DNA of 64,000 nt, taken from an uncultured Alphaproteobacteria bacterium. Its GTDB lineage: Bacteria; Pseudomonadota; Alphaproteobacteria; Rhodobacterales; Rhodobacteraceae. Location: positions 2,093,337 through 2,157,336 of the forward strand of contig CAWHTQ010000019.1 in NCBI GenBank assembly GCA_963832275.1, written 5' to 3'. Positions 51,192 through 61,371 of the stretch are shown here, one piece after another (within the stretch, counting starts at the first letter, position 1; each line of letters opens with the position of its first letter). The notes beneath the pieces were generated by a model. It did not search any database. It saw only the letters and a list, made by a program, of their open reading frames with translations, and was not told where the DNA came from. Both the position numbers and the translations under genes were made by a program.

Positions 51192-52572
51192 ATGGCCGAC
51201 ACCGTGGAGGAGACGCGCCCCGCCGAGGTGGAGGACCGGGCGCCCGTCGACATGGGCGCGCTGCGCGAGGCCGCCGGGCGGGGCGACGCGGAGGCGGTGC
51301 AGGCGATCCTGCTGCCGCTGCACCCGGCCGACATCGCCGACGCGCTCGAGCAGATGGGCGAGGCGGACCGCGACCGCATCCTGCCGCTGATGGGGCCGGA
51401 GCTGTCCGGCGAGATGCTGACCGAGGTCGAGGAGGGCCTGCGCGAGGAGATCATCGAGGCGCCTGCCCGATTCGGTGGTGGCGGAGGCGGCGCGCGACCT
51501 GGAGACGGACGACGTCGTCGACCTGATCGAGGACCTCAACCAGGAGACGCGCGAGGTCGTGCTGGGCGCGCTCGACGCCGAGGACCGGATCGCGGTCGAG
51601 GCGGCGCTGAGCTATCCCGAGGACAGCGCCGGGCGCCTGATGCAGCGCGAGGTCACGGCGGTGCCGGAGCATTGGGACCGTGGGCGAGACGATCGACTGG
51701 CTGCGCGCGCATGACGACCTGCCGGAGCAGTTCTACCACATGATCCTGGTCGATCCGGGGATGCGGGCGACGGGCTACGTGACGCTCGGGCGGCTCCTCG
51801 GCTCGCCGCGGGCGACGGCGCTGGACGCGCTGCGCGAGGAGAGCTTCCGCACGATCCCGGTGGGCGCAGGACGTCGAGGAGGTCGCCTACGCGTTCAACC
51901 AGTACCACCTGATCAGCGCGCCGGTGGTGGACGAGGGCGGCCGGGTGATCGGGGTGATCACGATCGACGACGCGATGGCGGTCCTGTCGGACGAGCACGA
52001 GGAGGACCTGCTGCTGCTGGCCGGGGTGGGGGACGAGAGCCTGAACGACCGGACGCTGGCGATCGCGCGGCAGCGGTTCCCGTGGCTGGCGGTGAACCTG
52101 GTGACGGCGATCCTGGCGTCCCTGGTGATCGCGCAGTTCGAGGGGGTGATCGCGGCGGTGACGGCGCTCGCGGTGCTGATGCCGATCGTGGCGAGCATGG
52201 GCGGCAACGCGGGCACGCAGTCGATGACCGTCGCGGTGCGGGCGCTGGCGACCCGCGACCTGACGCGGGCCAACGCGCTCAGGGTGCTGCGGCGGGAGGT
52301 GGTGGCGGGCCTGATCAACGGGGTCGGCGTTCGCGGTGATCATCGGGATCGTGGGGGTGATCTGGTTCGGCTCGCCGCAGCTGGGAATGGTGATCGGGGC
52401 GGCGATGGTGATCAACCTGGCGGTGGCGGGGTTCGCGGGGCTGCTGATCCCGCTGGGGCTGGAGAAGGTCGGGATCGACCCGGCGCTGGCCTCGGGGGCG
52501 TTCGTGACGACGGTGACGGACGTGGTGGGGTTCTTCGCCTTTCTCGGGCTGGCGGCGTGGGTCCTGATCTGA
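51192..52572 (+). pseudogene. mgtE: Magnesium transporter MgtE, four +1 frame switches
   Basis: N-terminal domain, two CBS domains and the TM domain ...MPIVASMGGNAGTQS... are present in order but in frames 0, 1, 2, 0, 1 (start coordinate mod 3). GGAGGGA RBS at the ATG. Confidence 0.65.
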
Positions 52573-53125
52573 AGGCCCGCCTGCGGGCGGAGGCCCTGGC
52601 GCGCCGGGGGGAGGTCCATTCCGCCGGAGCGGTCGGCGGCGGCCTGCGCGGTGCTGGCGGCGGCGCTGGGGCCGGGGGCGGGGCGGGTGCTGGCGGGATA
52701 CGTGCCGATGCGCTCGGAGGTGGACGCCTGCCGGTCGATGGCGGGGTGGGACGGGCCGGTCTGCGTGCCGGTGGTGGTGGGCGCGCGGGCGGGCGCTGGC
52801 GTTCCGGCGCGTGGTCGCCGGGGGCGGCGATGGTGCCGGGAGGCTACGGCACGATGGTGCCGCGAGCGGGCGGAGGAGCTGCGGCCCGAGGTGGTGATCG
52901 TGCCGCTGGTGGCGTTCACGGCGGGTGGCGACCGGCTCGGCTATGGCGGGGGGTTCTACGACCGGACGCTGGCGGGGCTCGCGGCGGAGGCGGTCGGGCC
53001 TGGCCTATGCGGCGCAGCGCGTGGCGGCGATGCCGGTGGAGGCGACGGACGTGGCGCTGGGCGCGGTGGCCACGGAGGAGGGGCTCTGGCGGGGCGGGGG
53101 GCTTGTGCCGGCGGCGCCGGCCTGA
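52557..53125 (+). pseudogene. 5-formyltetrahydrofolate cyclo-ligase, several frameshifts
   Basis: GTG, then GPDLKARLRAEALARRGEV...VLAGYVPMRSEVD...PEVVIVPLVAFTAGGDRLGYGGGFYDRTLAGL...GLAYAAQRVAAMPVEATDVALGAVATEEGL split across three frames. Confidence 0.5.
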
Positions 53126-53134
53126 TTCACCCGG

Positions 53135-53851
53135 ATGATGGACCGAAGGCAGAACACCGGCGCGCTGCGCTTCTCGCTCAAGGGCGCGGGGCTGGAGGCG
53201 ATGCCGTCGGGCGCGCTCCTCTGGCCGGCCGAGGGCATGCTCGTGGTCTCGGACCTGCATCTGGGCAAGTCGGAGCGGATGGCGCGGCGGGGCGGCGCGT
53301 TCCTGCCGCCCTACGAGACGCGCGAGACGCTGGCGCGGCTGGCCGCCGACCTGGAGGCGACGGGGGCGGGCACCGTGCTGTGCCTCGGCGACAGCTTCGA
53401 CGACCTGGAGGCGGCGGAGAACCTGGGCGGGCCGGAGGTCATGGCGCTGGGCGCCCTGATGGCCGGGCGGCGCTGGATCTGGGTCGAGGGGAACCACGAT
53501 CCGGGGCCGCTGCCGTTCGGGGGGGAGGCGGCGGCGGAGGTGCTGGCCGGGCCGCTCGCGTTCCGGCACGTCGCGGCGCCGGGCCCGGCGCGGGGGCCGG
53601 GCGAGGTCTCGGGGCACTGGCATCCGAAGATCGCGGTGGCGGGCGTCTCGCGGCCCTGCTTCCTGATCGACGCGGGGCGCGCGATCCTGCCGGCCTATGG
53701 CGCCTATACGGGCGGGCTGCGGGCGGCGCATCCCGAGCTCGACGGGCGCATGGCCGCGGGGGCGATCGCGGTCCTGACGGCGCCGGGCGGCGGGCGGGCG
53801 GTGGCGGTGCCGCTGCGCGCCGCCGCGCCGCGCCGCCGGCGCGCGGGATGA
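53135..53851 (+). CDS. pdeM: Ligase-associated DNA-damage-response metallophosphoesterase (PdeM/MPE-like)
   Basis: ALLWPAEGMLVVSDLHLGKSERMARRGGAFLPPYETRETLARL...LCLGDSFDD...WVEGNHD, the calcineurin-like motifs in the PdeM arrangement. Appears intact. Confidence 0.7.
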   Translation: MMDRRQNTGALRFSLKGAGLEAMPSGALLWPAEGMLVVSDLHLGKSERMARRGGAFLPPYETRETLARLAADLEATGAGTVLCLGDSFDDLEAAENLGGPEVMALGALMAGRRWIWVEGNHDPGPLPFGGEAAAEVLAGPLAFRHVAAPGPARGPGEVSGHWHPKIAVAGVSRPCFLIDAGRAILPAYGAYTGGLRAAHPELDGRMAAGAIAVLTAPGGGRAVAVPLRAAAPRRRRAG

Positions 53852-54267
53852 GCGCGCCGGATCCGCGCGTCCCCGAGGCGGCGATCCGGGCGAGCTTCGC
53901 CGCGCAGGGGATGATGCGGACGCTGGGCGCGCGGATGGTGACGGTGGGCGGCGGCGCCTGCACGATCGAGGCGCCGATCCGGGCGGAGACGGGGCAGCAG
54001 CACGGCTACGCCCATGCCGGGCTCGCCTTCGCGATCGGGGACAGCGCCGCGGGATATGCCGCGCTCTCGGCGATGGCGGACGGGTCCGAGGTCCTGACGG
54101 TGGAGATGAAGATCAACCTGCTGGCGCCGGCGGCGGGGGAGCGCCTGGTCGCGGCGGGGCGGGTGGTGCGGGCGGGGCGCCGGATCGTGGTGGTGGCGGC
54201 GGAGGTGGTCGCGGAGCCCTCGGGCAAGGCGGTCGCGATCCTGCAGGGGACGATGGTGCCGGCCTAG
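53848..54267 (+). CDS. PaaI/hotdog-fold thioesterase
   Basis: 139 aa ...QQHGYAHAGLAFAIGDSAAGYAA...GRVVRAGRRIVVVAAEV. ATGA overlap with pdeM. Confidence 0.75.
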   Translation: MSAPDPRVPEAAIRASFAAQGMMRTLGARMVTVGGGACTIEAPIRAETGQQHGYAHAGLAFAIGDSAAGYAALSAMADGSEVLTVEMKINLLAPAAGERLVAAGRVVRAGRRIVVVAAEVVAEPSGKAVAILQGTMVPA

Positions 54268-54327
54268 GCGGGAACCCCCGGGGCCGGCCGGCGTTTCCAT
54301 GCGACACACACCAAGAGGAGATCCGAC

Positions 54328-54495
54328 ATGGCGAACCACGATCAGACCGAAGGCAAGGCCAAGGACATCGGCGGCAAGATCAAGGAAGAGGCCGGCGATC
54401 TCACGGGCAACGACAAGATGAAGCACGAAGGCCAGGCCGATCAGGTCGAGGGCAAGGTGCAGAAGGGCGTCGGCGACATGAAGGACAAGAGCTAG
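54328..54495 (+). CDS. CsbD-family general stress protein (55 aa, below the ORF-track cutoff)
   Basis: MANHDQTEGKAKDIGGKIKEEAGDLTGNDKMKHEGQADQVEGKVQKGVGDMKDKS. AAGAGGAG RBS 7 nt upstream. Locally lower GC. Confidence 0.8.
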   Translation: MANHDQTEGKAKDIGGKIKEEAGDLTGNDKMKHEGQADQVEGKVQKGVGDMKDKS

Positions 54496-54612
54496 GCCGC
54501 TTCGCGCCTGCGATTGGATCGGGAATGGAGGGGCTGGCTCGCGCCGGCCCCTTCTTCTGTCTGCCGGCATCCTGACGGCGGATGGACGCGCGTGCCGGAT
54601 GGCGGTCCTGCG

Positions 54613-55152
54613 TCACCATATGTCGGCCCTGTCCAACGCGGGAACGCAGGTCGGTCGTCCGGGTAGGCGGGGCATCGGCGCGTCGGTCAGGGATCGCCCG
54701 ATCCATCCGTGGGGCAGGCTGAGCGGCCGGGGCGCGCGCGCAGGTCGCTCGGTGATCGGCACGAACCCGGCCCGGCCGTAGTAGCCCGGATCGCCGTATG
54801 TGATCGCGATCTCCACCCCTTCGGTGCGCAGAACCGCGAGGGCGTGCGCCAAGATGGCCAGTCCGATCCCGCGCCGCTGGCGCTCGGGCGCCACCGCCAT
54901 GGGCGAGAGCAGGACCACGCTGCGCGGATCGTCCGGATAGCTCAGGCGCGTGAAGACGGCCGCGCCGAGCAGGCGACCGCCGTCCTCGGCGCGGAACACG
55001 CGGATGTCGGCCGGCGGCGTCCGCTCGAGGAGGTCGCGGACGAGGCTGCCGATCAGCGCGCCCTCGTCCGGCCCCTCCGAGGCGGCGAACGCCCGGGCGA
55101 ACAGGTCCTCGATCGCCCGCTCGCGTCCCTCGTATCCGGTCGGCAGTTCCAC
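54613..55152 (-). CDS. GNAT-family N-acetyltransferase
   Basis: ...VFTRLSYPDD...LLSPMAVAPERQRRGIGLAIL...ITYGDPGYYGRAGF (acetyl-CoA-binding R/Q-x-x-G-x-G/A). Start uncertain: GTG 55152, or the ORF-track ATG at 55245 with an Arg/Pro-rich leader. Confidence 0.6.
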   Translation of the reverse strand: MELPTGYEGRERAIEDLFARAFAASEGPDEGALIGSLVRDLLERTPPADIRVFRAEDGGRLLGAAVFTRLSYPDDPRSVVLLSPMAVAPERQRRGIGLAILAHALAVLRTEGVEIAITYGDPGYYGRAGFVPITERPARAPRPLSLPHGWIGRSLTDAPMPRLPGRPTCVPALDRADIW

Positions 55153-55241
55153 GCGCGGTCCCCTCGCCGTCGATTCGAGCCTCGCCGGTGCCGGCGGCGA
55201 TGCGGCGCGCGGTGCTCCTGGCCGGACGGGCCGGCGGCCGT

Positions 55242-57019
55242 TCAAAGCGGCCAGATCAGGGGGATGAGGGCGGAGACGATGATCGCCTGGGTGATGTTGA
55301 GGGGGATGCCGACGCGGAGGTAGTCGGCGAACTTGTAGCCGCCGGGGCCGAAGACGAGCATGTTCGTCTGGTAGCCGATCGGGGTCGCGAAGCAGGCGGA
55401 GGCAGCGATCATCACGGTGACGACGAGGGGGCGGGGGTCCACGCCCAGGGACTCCGCGAGGCCGATGGCGATCGGGGTCATCACCACGGCGACGGCGTTG
55501 TTGGACACCATCTCGGTCAGGGTGGTCGTCAGGAGGTAGACCGCCGCGACCAGGAGGACGGGGGCAGCGTTCCCAGGAACGGCGCGACCGCGTCGGCGAT
55601 CAGGGCGACGGCGCCGGTATGCTCGAGCCCCGCGCCGATCACGAGCATCGCCAGGATGAGGACGAGGAGGCGCCCGTCTATGGCGCCGAACGCCTCGTCG
55701 GCCTCGATGCAGCGGGTGAGGAGGACGAAGGCGACCGCGAGGATCGCCAGGAGCAGGATCGGCGCGACCTCGAGGGCCGAGAGGACGACGATGAAGGCGA
55801 GGGCGGCGACGGCGATGGGCCAGCGGCTGCGCTTGAACGCGCGGGCCGAGGGATGCGCCACGTCGACGAGGCCCATGTCGCTGGCCAGGCGGGCGATGTC
55901 CTCGGGGGCGCCCTCGAGGAGGAGCGTGTCGCCGACGCGCACGACGATGTCGTCGAGCTGCCGGCCGATGTTCTCGGCCCGGCGGTGGACGGCGAGCGGA
56001 TAGACGCCGTAGCGGCGGCGCAGGCGCAGGGAGCCGAGGCTCCGCCCGATCATGCCGGCGCCGGGGGTGATGAGCACCTCGACGGTGGAGGTCTGGACCG
56101 AGGAGAGCCGGTCGACGGCGCGGACCTTGGGGTTCTCGCGCAGGCCGAGGACCTCGGCCATCTCGGTTCGCAGGACGACGCGGTCGCCGATGGCGAGCTC
56201 GACCTCGGCGAGGTTGCGGCGCAGGGACGCGTCGCCGCGCAGCACGTCGACGACGCGGATGCCGTCCCGGCGGAAGAGGTCGGCTTCGAGCACGGGCTGT
56301 CCGGCGAGGTCGGAGCCTTCGGGGATGGCCACCTCGGTGAAGAACTTCATCCGGGAGCGCCCGGTGAGGAGGGCGGCCATGCTCTGCCGCTCGGGCAGGA
56401 GGCGGGGCGCGATCACGCCGACGTAGAACATGCCCCAGGCGACGACGGCGAGGCCGATGGGGGTGATCTCGAAGATGGAGAAGGGCTCGAGCCCGCGGGC
56501 GCGCGCGACGCCGTCCACCAGGAGGTTGGTGGAGGTGCCGATCAGCGTGAGCGTGCCGCCCATGATGGCGGCGTAGCTGAGCGGGATCAGCAGCTTGGAG
56601 GGCGCGCGGCCGAGCTTCTCGGCGAGCTGGACGAAGACGGGGAGCATCACCAGCACGACCGGCGTGTTGTTGACGAAGGCCGAGGCGATCACGACGAATC
56701 CCAGGAGGCCGGCGAGGGCGAGGCGGGGGCGGGTCTCGGCCCGGCGCTCGGCGATGCGGGTGAACCAGCCCAGCGCGCCGGTGCGCACGAGCGCGCCCAT
56801 GACGACGAACATGGCCGCGATGGTCCAGGGCGCGGGGTTGGACAGGACGGCGAGCCCGGTGTCGTAGGGCACGAGGCCGACCGCCAGCATGACCGCCGCG
56901 CCGGCGAGGGCGGTGACGTCGGGGGGGAAGGTCTCGCGCACGAAGAGGACGAACATGACGCCGACGACGGCCATGGCGGCGAACGCCTCGGCGGTGGGGG
57001 AGAGCCCGAGATCGATCAC
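55242..57019 (-). pseudogene. SLC13/DASS-family permease with two internal TrkA-C (RCK_C) domains, one frameshift
   Basis: GTG start VIDLGLSPTAEAFAAMAVVG..., two RCK_C domains (...DLAGQPVLEADLFRRDGIRVVDV... and ...GRSLGSLRLRRRYGVYPLAVHR...). The last ~90 codons (...MVSNNAVAVVMTPIAIGLAESLGVDPRP...IPLIWPL) are in another frame, with the shift near 55530. Confidence 0.7.
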
Positions 57020-57089
57020 GTCGCGCGCTCCCTGCCAGGCGGACTGCGCGCCAGCCTGACGCGGGCCGGTGGCGGGCGCAACTGGGGCG

Positions 57090-57983
57090 TCAGGCGGGCG
57101 GCGCCGGCCGGGCGAGGGGGCGCGGCCGCACGAGCGAGACGCCCGCGAGGATGAGCGCGAGGGCCGCCCAGACCGCGAGTCCGTAGCGCTCGCCGAGGAG
57201 GAGCATGGCCCAGAGGACGCCGAAGAGGCTGACGACGTAGCCGACCTGGGTCGAGAAGACCGAGCCCGCCCGACCGACGAGGCCGATGAAGGCGGTGTAG
57301 ACGGCCGCGTGGATCAGCGAGGCGAGGAGGGCCGCGCCCTCGGACGGGCCGGCGGCGGCCGGCAGGGCGAGGGTGCCCGTGGCCGCCGCCGCGGCGATGG
57401 AGATCGGCAGGGCCGCGAGGGTGGCGCAGGCCATGAGCTGCACGGGGTGGAGCCCCCCGGTGCCGTAGCGCGCGATCACGGTGTTCTGCAGGGCGTAGAG
57501 GACCGGAGCGACGAGGCCGAGGGGCAGGAGCCGCAGCGCGATCGACCCCTCGGCCCCGGGCGCGACGAGGAGGAGCGCGCCCGCGAGGCCGATGGCGAGG
57601 CCGAGCACGCGGCGCGCGGCCAGGCGCTCGAGCCCGAAGGCGACCGCCATGGGCAAGGCGAGCGCGGGGTTGAGCGAGAGCAGGATCGACACGATTCCGG
57701 AGGGCAGGAGCGTGAGCGCCGTGAAGGAGGCCAGGTTCGGCAGCGCGGTGCCGAGGAGGCCGACGAAGAGGGCGATGGCGATGGCGGGCCGGAGCGCGCG
57801 CGGGCGCGGCAGCCGCCACGCGACGGGCGCGAGCACGGCCGCGATCACGGCGAACTGCCAGACGAGGATCGTGGTCGGGGCGTAGCCGCCCTCCAGCGCG
57901 ATCTTGATCAGGGGCTGGGTGAGGCCCCAGCCGGCGCCGCAGAGCGCGAGGGTGACGTAGGCGCCGGGGCCTGGCGACGTCAT
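57090..57983 (-). CDS. DMT-superfamily (EamA-like) transporter
   Basis: MTSPGPGAYVTLALCGAGWGLTQPLIKIAL... with 10 TM segments and two EamA repeats. Confidence 0.75.
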   Translation of the reverse strand: MTSPGPGAYVTLALCGAGWGLTQPLIKIALEGGYAPTTILVWQFAVIAAVLAPVAWRLPRPRALRPAIAIALFVGLLGTALPNLASFTALTLLPSGIVSILLSLNPALALPMAVAFGLERLAARRVLGLAIGLAGALLLVAPGAEGSIALRLLPLGLVAPVLYALQNTVIARYGTGGLHPVQLMACATLAALPISIAAAAATGTLALPAAAGPSEGAALLASLIHAAVYTAFIGLVGRAGSVFSTQVGYVVSLFGVLWAMLLLGERYGLAVWAALALILAGVSLVRPRPLARPAPPA

Positions 57984-57990
57984 GGCGCCG

Positions 57991-58803
57991 TCATTCGGGG
58001 CCGGAGGGGGCGAGGCGGCCGCCCTGGCGGACGGGGACGATCCGGGTGGCGCGGCCGGAGCGGTCGTCGGTCTCGAGGTAGACGCCCGCGAGGGTGGCCT
58101 CGCCGGTGCCGGGCTCGAACCGGGCCCTGGGCATGCCGGTGACGAAGCGGCGCAGGGGCTCGGCGCGGTCCATGCCGATGACGCCGCCATAGTCGCCGCA
58201 CATCCCGGCGTCGGTCAGGTAGGCGGTGCCGCCGTCCAGGATCTGCGCGTCGCCGGTGGGAACGTGGGTGTGGGTGCCGACGACGAGGGAGGCGCGCCCG
58301 TCAAGCCAGTGGCCCATCGCGGTCTTCTCGGAGGTCGCCTCGGCGTGGAAGTCGACGATGACGGCGTTGGCGGCGGCGCCCATCCGGTGGGTGCGCAGCG
58401 CGGCGTCGAGCGCGCTGAACGGGTCGTCGAAGGGGCGCTTCATGAACACCTGGCCGAGCGCCTGGGCGACGACGACGCGCCGGCCGCCGGCCTGGTAGGC
58501 GCGCACGCCGAGGCCCGGCGCGTCCTTGGCGAAGTTCAGCGGGCGGACGATGCGCGGCTCCGACTGGACCGCCTGGAGCATGTCCTTCTGGTCGAAGGCG
58601 TGGTCCCCGAGGGTGAGGACGTCGGCGCCGGCGGCCAGGAGCGCCTGGGCGTGGGCGGCGGTGCAGCCATTGCCGTTCGAGGCGTTCTCCGCGTTGACGA
58701 TCACGAAGTCGAGGCGCCAGTCGGCGCGCAGGGCGGGCAGGCGCTCGGCGAGGGCGGCGCGGCCGGAGCGGCCGACCACGTCGCCGAGAAAGAGGATGCG
58801 CAT
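57991..58803 (-). CDS. YmdB-family metallophosphoesterase (TIGR00282-like)
   Basis: MRILFLGDVVGRSGR...VNAENASNGNG...DFHAEATSEK...GTHTHVPTGD...GMCGDYGGVIGMD. Collinear with B. subtilis YmdB. Confidence 0.85.
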   Translation of the reverse strand: MRILFLGDVVGRSGRAALAERLPALRADWRLDFVIVNAENASNGNGCTAAHAQALLAAGADVLTLGDHAFDQKDMLQAVQSEPRIVRPLNFAKDAPGLGVRAYQAGGRRVVVAQALGQVFMKRPFDDPFSALDAALRTHRMGAAANAVIVDFHAEATSEKTAMGHWLDGRASLVVGTHTHVPTGDAQILDGGTAYLTDAGMCGDYGGVIGMDRAEPLRRFVTGMPRARFEPGTGEATLAGVYLETDDRSGRATRIVPVRQGGRLAPSGPE

Positions 58804-58812
58804 GGCCGCGCC

Positions 58813-61269
58813 CTATGCCCGGCGGGCGGAGGGGGCAAGCGGACCCCGCGTTCCGAGGTCGGCCGGCACCTCCAGCCCCGCGGCGGCGAGCATGTGGGCG
58901 GCCTCCTCCTCCACCAGGCGCTGCTTGCCCGCGCCCTCCACCGGCACGCGCCCGCGCTCGAGGAAGAGGGGCGCGGCGAAGGGGGAGGGGCGGCGCAGGA
59001 TCACGTGGTCGACCGTGCCGCCGGTGCGGGCGAGCATCTCCTCGATCCGGGAGAAGTCCACGAGGCCGCGCATCGCCTCCTCGCGGGTGATCCTGAGGAG
59101 GAGGTGGTCCGGCTCGTACTTGAGGAGCGTGTCGTAGAGGATGTCCGACGAGAACGTGGCCTGCTTGCCCGATCGGCGGCCCTGGGCGGTGTTGCGGTCG
59201 ATGAGCCCGGCGATGGTCGCGGCCTTGCGGAAGGTGCGCTTGAAGAGGGCGTTCTGGTTCAGCCAGGTGTCGAGCCCGTGGCGCAGGTTCTCCAGCGTGA
59301 AGAGGGGCGCGGGGTCGCGCAGGCGCTCCAGGCCCCAGATGCCCAGCGCGTAGTCGGTGGCGACGAAGCCGAGGGGGGCCAGGCCCTGCTCCTCCATCCG
59401 CTTGGTGACGAGGATGCCGAGGGTCTGCATCGCGTTGCGCCCGGCGAAGGCGTAGATCGCGGTGTGCTCGCGCCCGTCCATGGCGAAGCTCTCGACCAGG
59501 ATGCTCTCGCGGGTGGGCAGGCGGGAGTAGCGCGCCTGGAGCGCGAGCCAGTCGGCGGTGTGGGGCGGCAGGTCGGGATGGCCGTGCTGGAGGATGTCGT
59601 AGACGCGGTCGACGAGCTCGGTCGAGGTCGCGAACTTCAGGCCGATATAGGTGGCGATGCGCGGCTCCTTGTCGGCGCGGCGCGTGACCTCGACCGTGAG
59701 CTCGCGCGTGTTCTCGTAGCGCACGACGCGGCCGCCCATGAGGAAGGTGTCCCCGGGCACGAGGGTGTTGGCGAACCCTTCCTCGATCTCGCCCAAGGGC
59801 GCGCCGCCGAGGCGGTTCTTCAGCCGGACGTGCATGGTGTCGGTGTCCATGATCGTGCCGAGGTTCATGCGGATGCGGCGGGCCTGGCGCGGGTCGCGCA
59901 GGCGCCAGCGGCCGGGGCCGTCCGGCATCAGGCGCTGCCAGCGGTCGTAGGCGCGCAGCGCGTAGCCGCCGGTGGCGACGAAGCTCAGGCAGTCGTCGAA
60001 CATGGCGCGGGTGACGTGCATGTAGGCGCCGGTGCGGCGGACCTCCTCGAAGAGGGCGGCCTCCTCGAACGGGCCGGCGGCGGCGGTCAGGAGGATGTGC
60101 TGGCACAGGACGTCGCGGCCGCCCTCGAGGGGCGGATCGCCGTCGAGGTCGCGCTCGCGCACGGCGTCGAGCGCGGCGGCGCATTCGACGGTCTCGAACC
60201 GATTGGCGGGCACGATCAGGGCCTTGGACGGCGCGTTGTAGCGGTGGTTGGCGCGGCCGATGCGCTGCACGAGGCGCTTGACGTTCTTGGGCGCGCCGAT
60301 CTGGATCACGAGGTCGACGTCGCCCCAGTCGATCCCGAGGTCCAGCGACGCGGTGCAGACGATGGCGCGCAGCTCGCCGGCGACCATGGCGGCCTCGACG
60401 CGCTGCCGCTGCTCGCGGCTCAGGGAGCCGTGGTGGATGCCGATGGGCAGGTCGTCCTCGTTGGCGAGCCAGAGCGCGTGGAAGAAGATCTCGGCCTGGG
60501 CGCGGGTGTTGTGGAAGATGAGCGTGGTGCTGTGGCGCGCGACCTCGCGCAGGACGGCGGGGATGGCGTAGCGGCCGCCGCCGCCGGCCCAGGGGGGCGG
60601 GTCCTCGGTCTCGAGGATCGCGATGTCGGGGTCCGGGCCGGGATCGGCGTCGACGATGGTGCAGGGGGCGGGATGGGCGCGCAGGCGGTCGGCCATGAGC
60701 CGCGGGTCCTCGACGGTCGCCGACAGGCCGATGCGGCGCAGGTCCGGGCGCAGGGTCTGCAGGCGCGAGATCAGGAGCATGAGCTGCTCGCCGCGCTTGT
60801 TCTCGGCGAGGGCGTGGATCTCGTCCACGATGACGCGCTGGAGCCCGGCGAAGATGCGCGGGGCGTCCTCGTAGCTCAGGAGGAGCGCGAGCGATTCGGG
60901 CGTTGTCAGGAGGATGTGCGGCGGGTCCGCGCGCTGCCGCTTGCGGGCGGTCTGCTTGGTGTCGCCGGTGCGGTCCTCGATCCGGATGGGCAGGGCCATC
61001 TCCGTCACGGGGGTTGTCAGGTTGCGCTTGATGTCGGTCGCCAGGGCCTTGAGCGGGCTGACGTAGATGGTGTGGAGGCCCTGGTGGGCGCCGTCCTGGA
61101 GCTCGATCAGCGTGGGCAGGAAGCCGGCCAGCGTCTTGCCGCCGCCTGTGGGCGCGACGAGGAGGAGGGCGGGGTCGCCCGCGGCGTCGAGCATCGCCTG
61201 CTGATGCGGGTGGATGGACCAGCCGCGGGTGGCGAACCAGTCGGCGAAACGGGGCGGCAGCGCGGTCAT
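58813..61269 (-). CDS. Ligase-associated DNA-damage-response DEXH-box helicase (Lhr-core type)
   Basis: 818 aa with motif I APTGGGKT, DEIH, a helicase C domain and a C-terminal Lhr-specific WH/beta-barrel region. No adjacent ligase or exonuclease genes. Confidence 0.85.
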   Translation of the reverse strand: MTALPPRFADWFATRGWSIHPHQQAMLDAAGDPALLLVAPTGGGKTLAGFLPTLIELQDGAHQGLHTIYVSPLKALATDIKRNLTTPVTEMALPIRIEDRTGDTKQTARKRQRADPPHILLTTPESLALLLSYEDAPRIFAGLQRVIVDEIHALAENKRGEQLMLLISRLQTLRPDLRRIGLSATVEDPRLMADRLRAHPAPCTIVDADPGPDPDIAILETEDPPPWAGGGGRYAIPAVLREVARHSTTLIFHNTRAQAEIFFHALWLANEDDLPIGIHHGSLSREQRQRVEAAMVAGELRAIVCTASLDLGIDWGDVDLVIQIGAPKNVKRLVQRIGRANHRYNAPSKALIVPANRFETVECAAALDAVRERDLDGDPPLEGGRDVLCQHILLTAAAGPFEEAALFEEVRRTGAYMHVTRAMFDDCLSFVATGGYALRAYDRWQRLMPDGPGRWRLRDPRQARRIRMNLGTIMDTDTMHVRLKNRLGGAPLGEIEEGFANTLVPGDTFLMGGRVVRYENTRELTVEVTRRADKEPRIATYIGLKFATSTELVDRVYDILQHGHPDLPPHTADWLALQARYSRLPTRESILVESFAMDGREHTAIYAFAGRNAMQTLGILVTKRMEEQGLAPLGFVATDYALGIWGLERLRDPAPLFTLENLRHGLDTWLNQNALFKRTFRKAATIAGLIDRNTAQGRRSGKQATFSSDILYDTLLKYEPDHLLLRITREEAMRGLVDFSRIEEMLARTGGTVDHVILRRPSPFAAPLFLERGRVPVEGAGKQRLVEEEAAHMLAAAGLEVPADLGTRGPLAPSARRA

Positions 61270-61371
61270 GCAGCGCAGTCTAGCGCGGGGGCCGCGCGAG
61301 GGCAGGGGGGCGCCGGGCTCACGGACCCTCCGGGCCCGTCGCCCGCCGCCGCGGGACCTGCGGCCCGCCCG

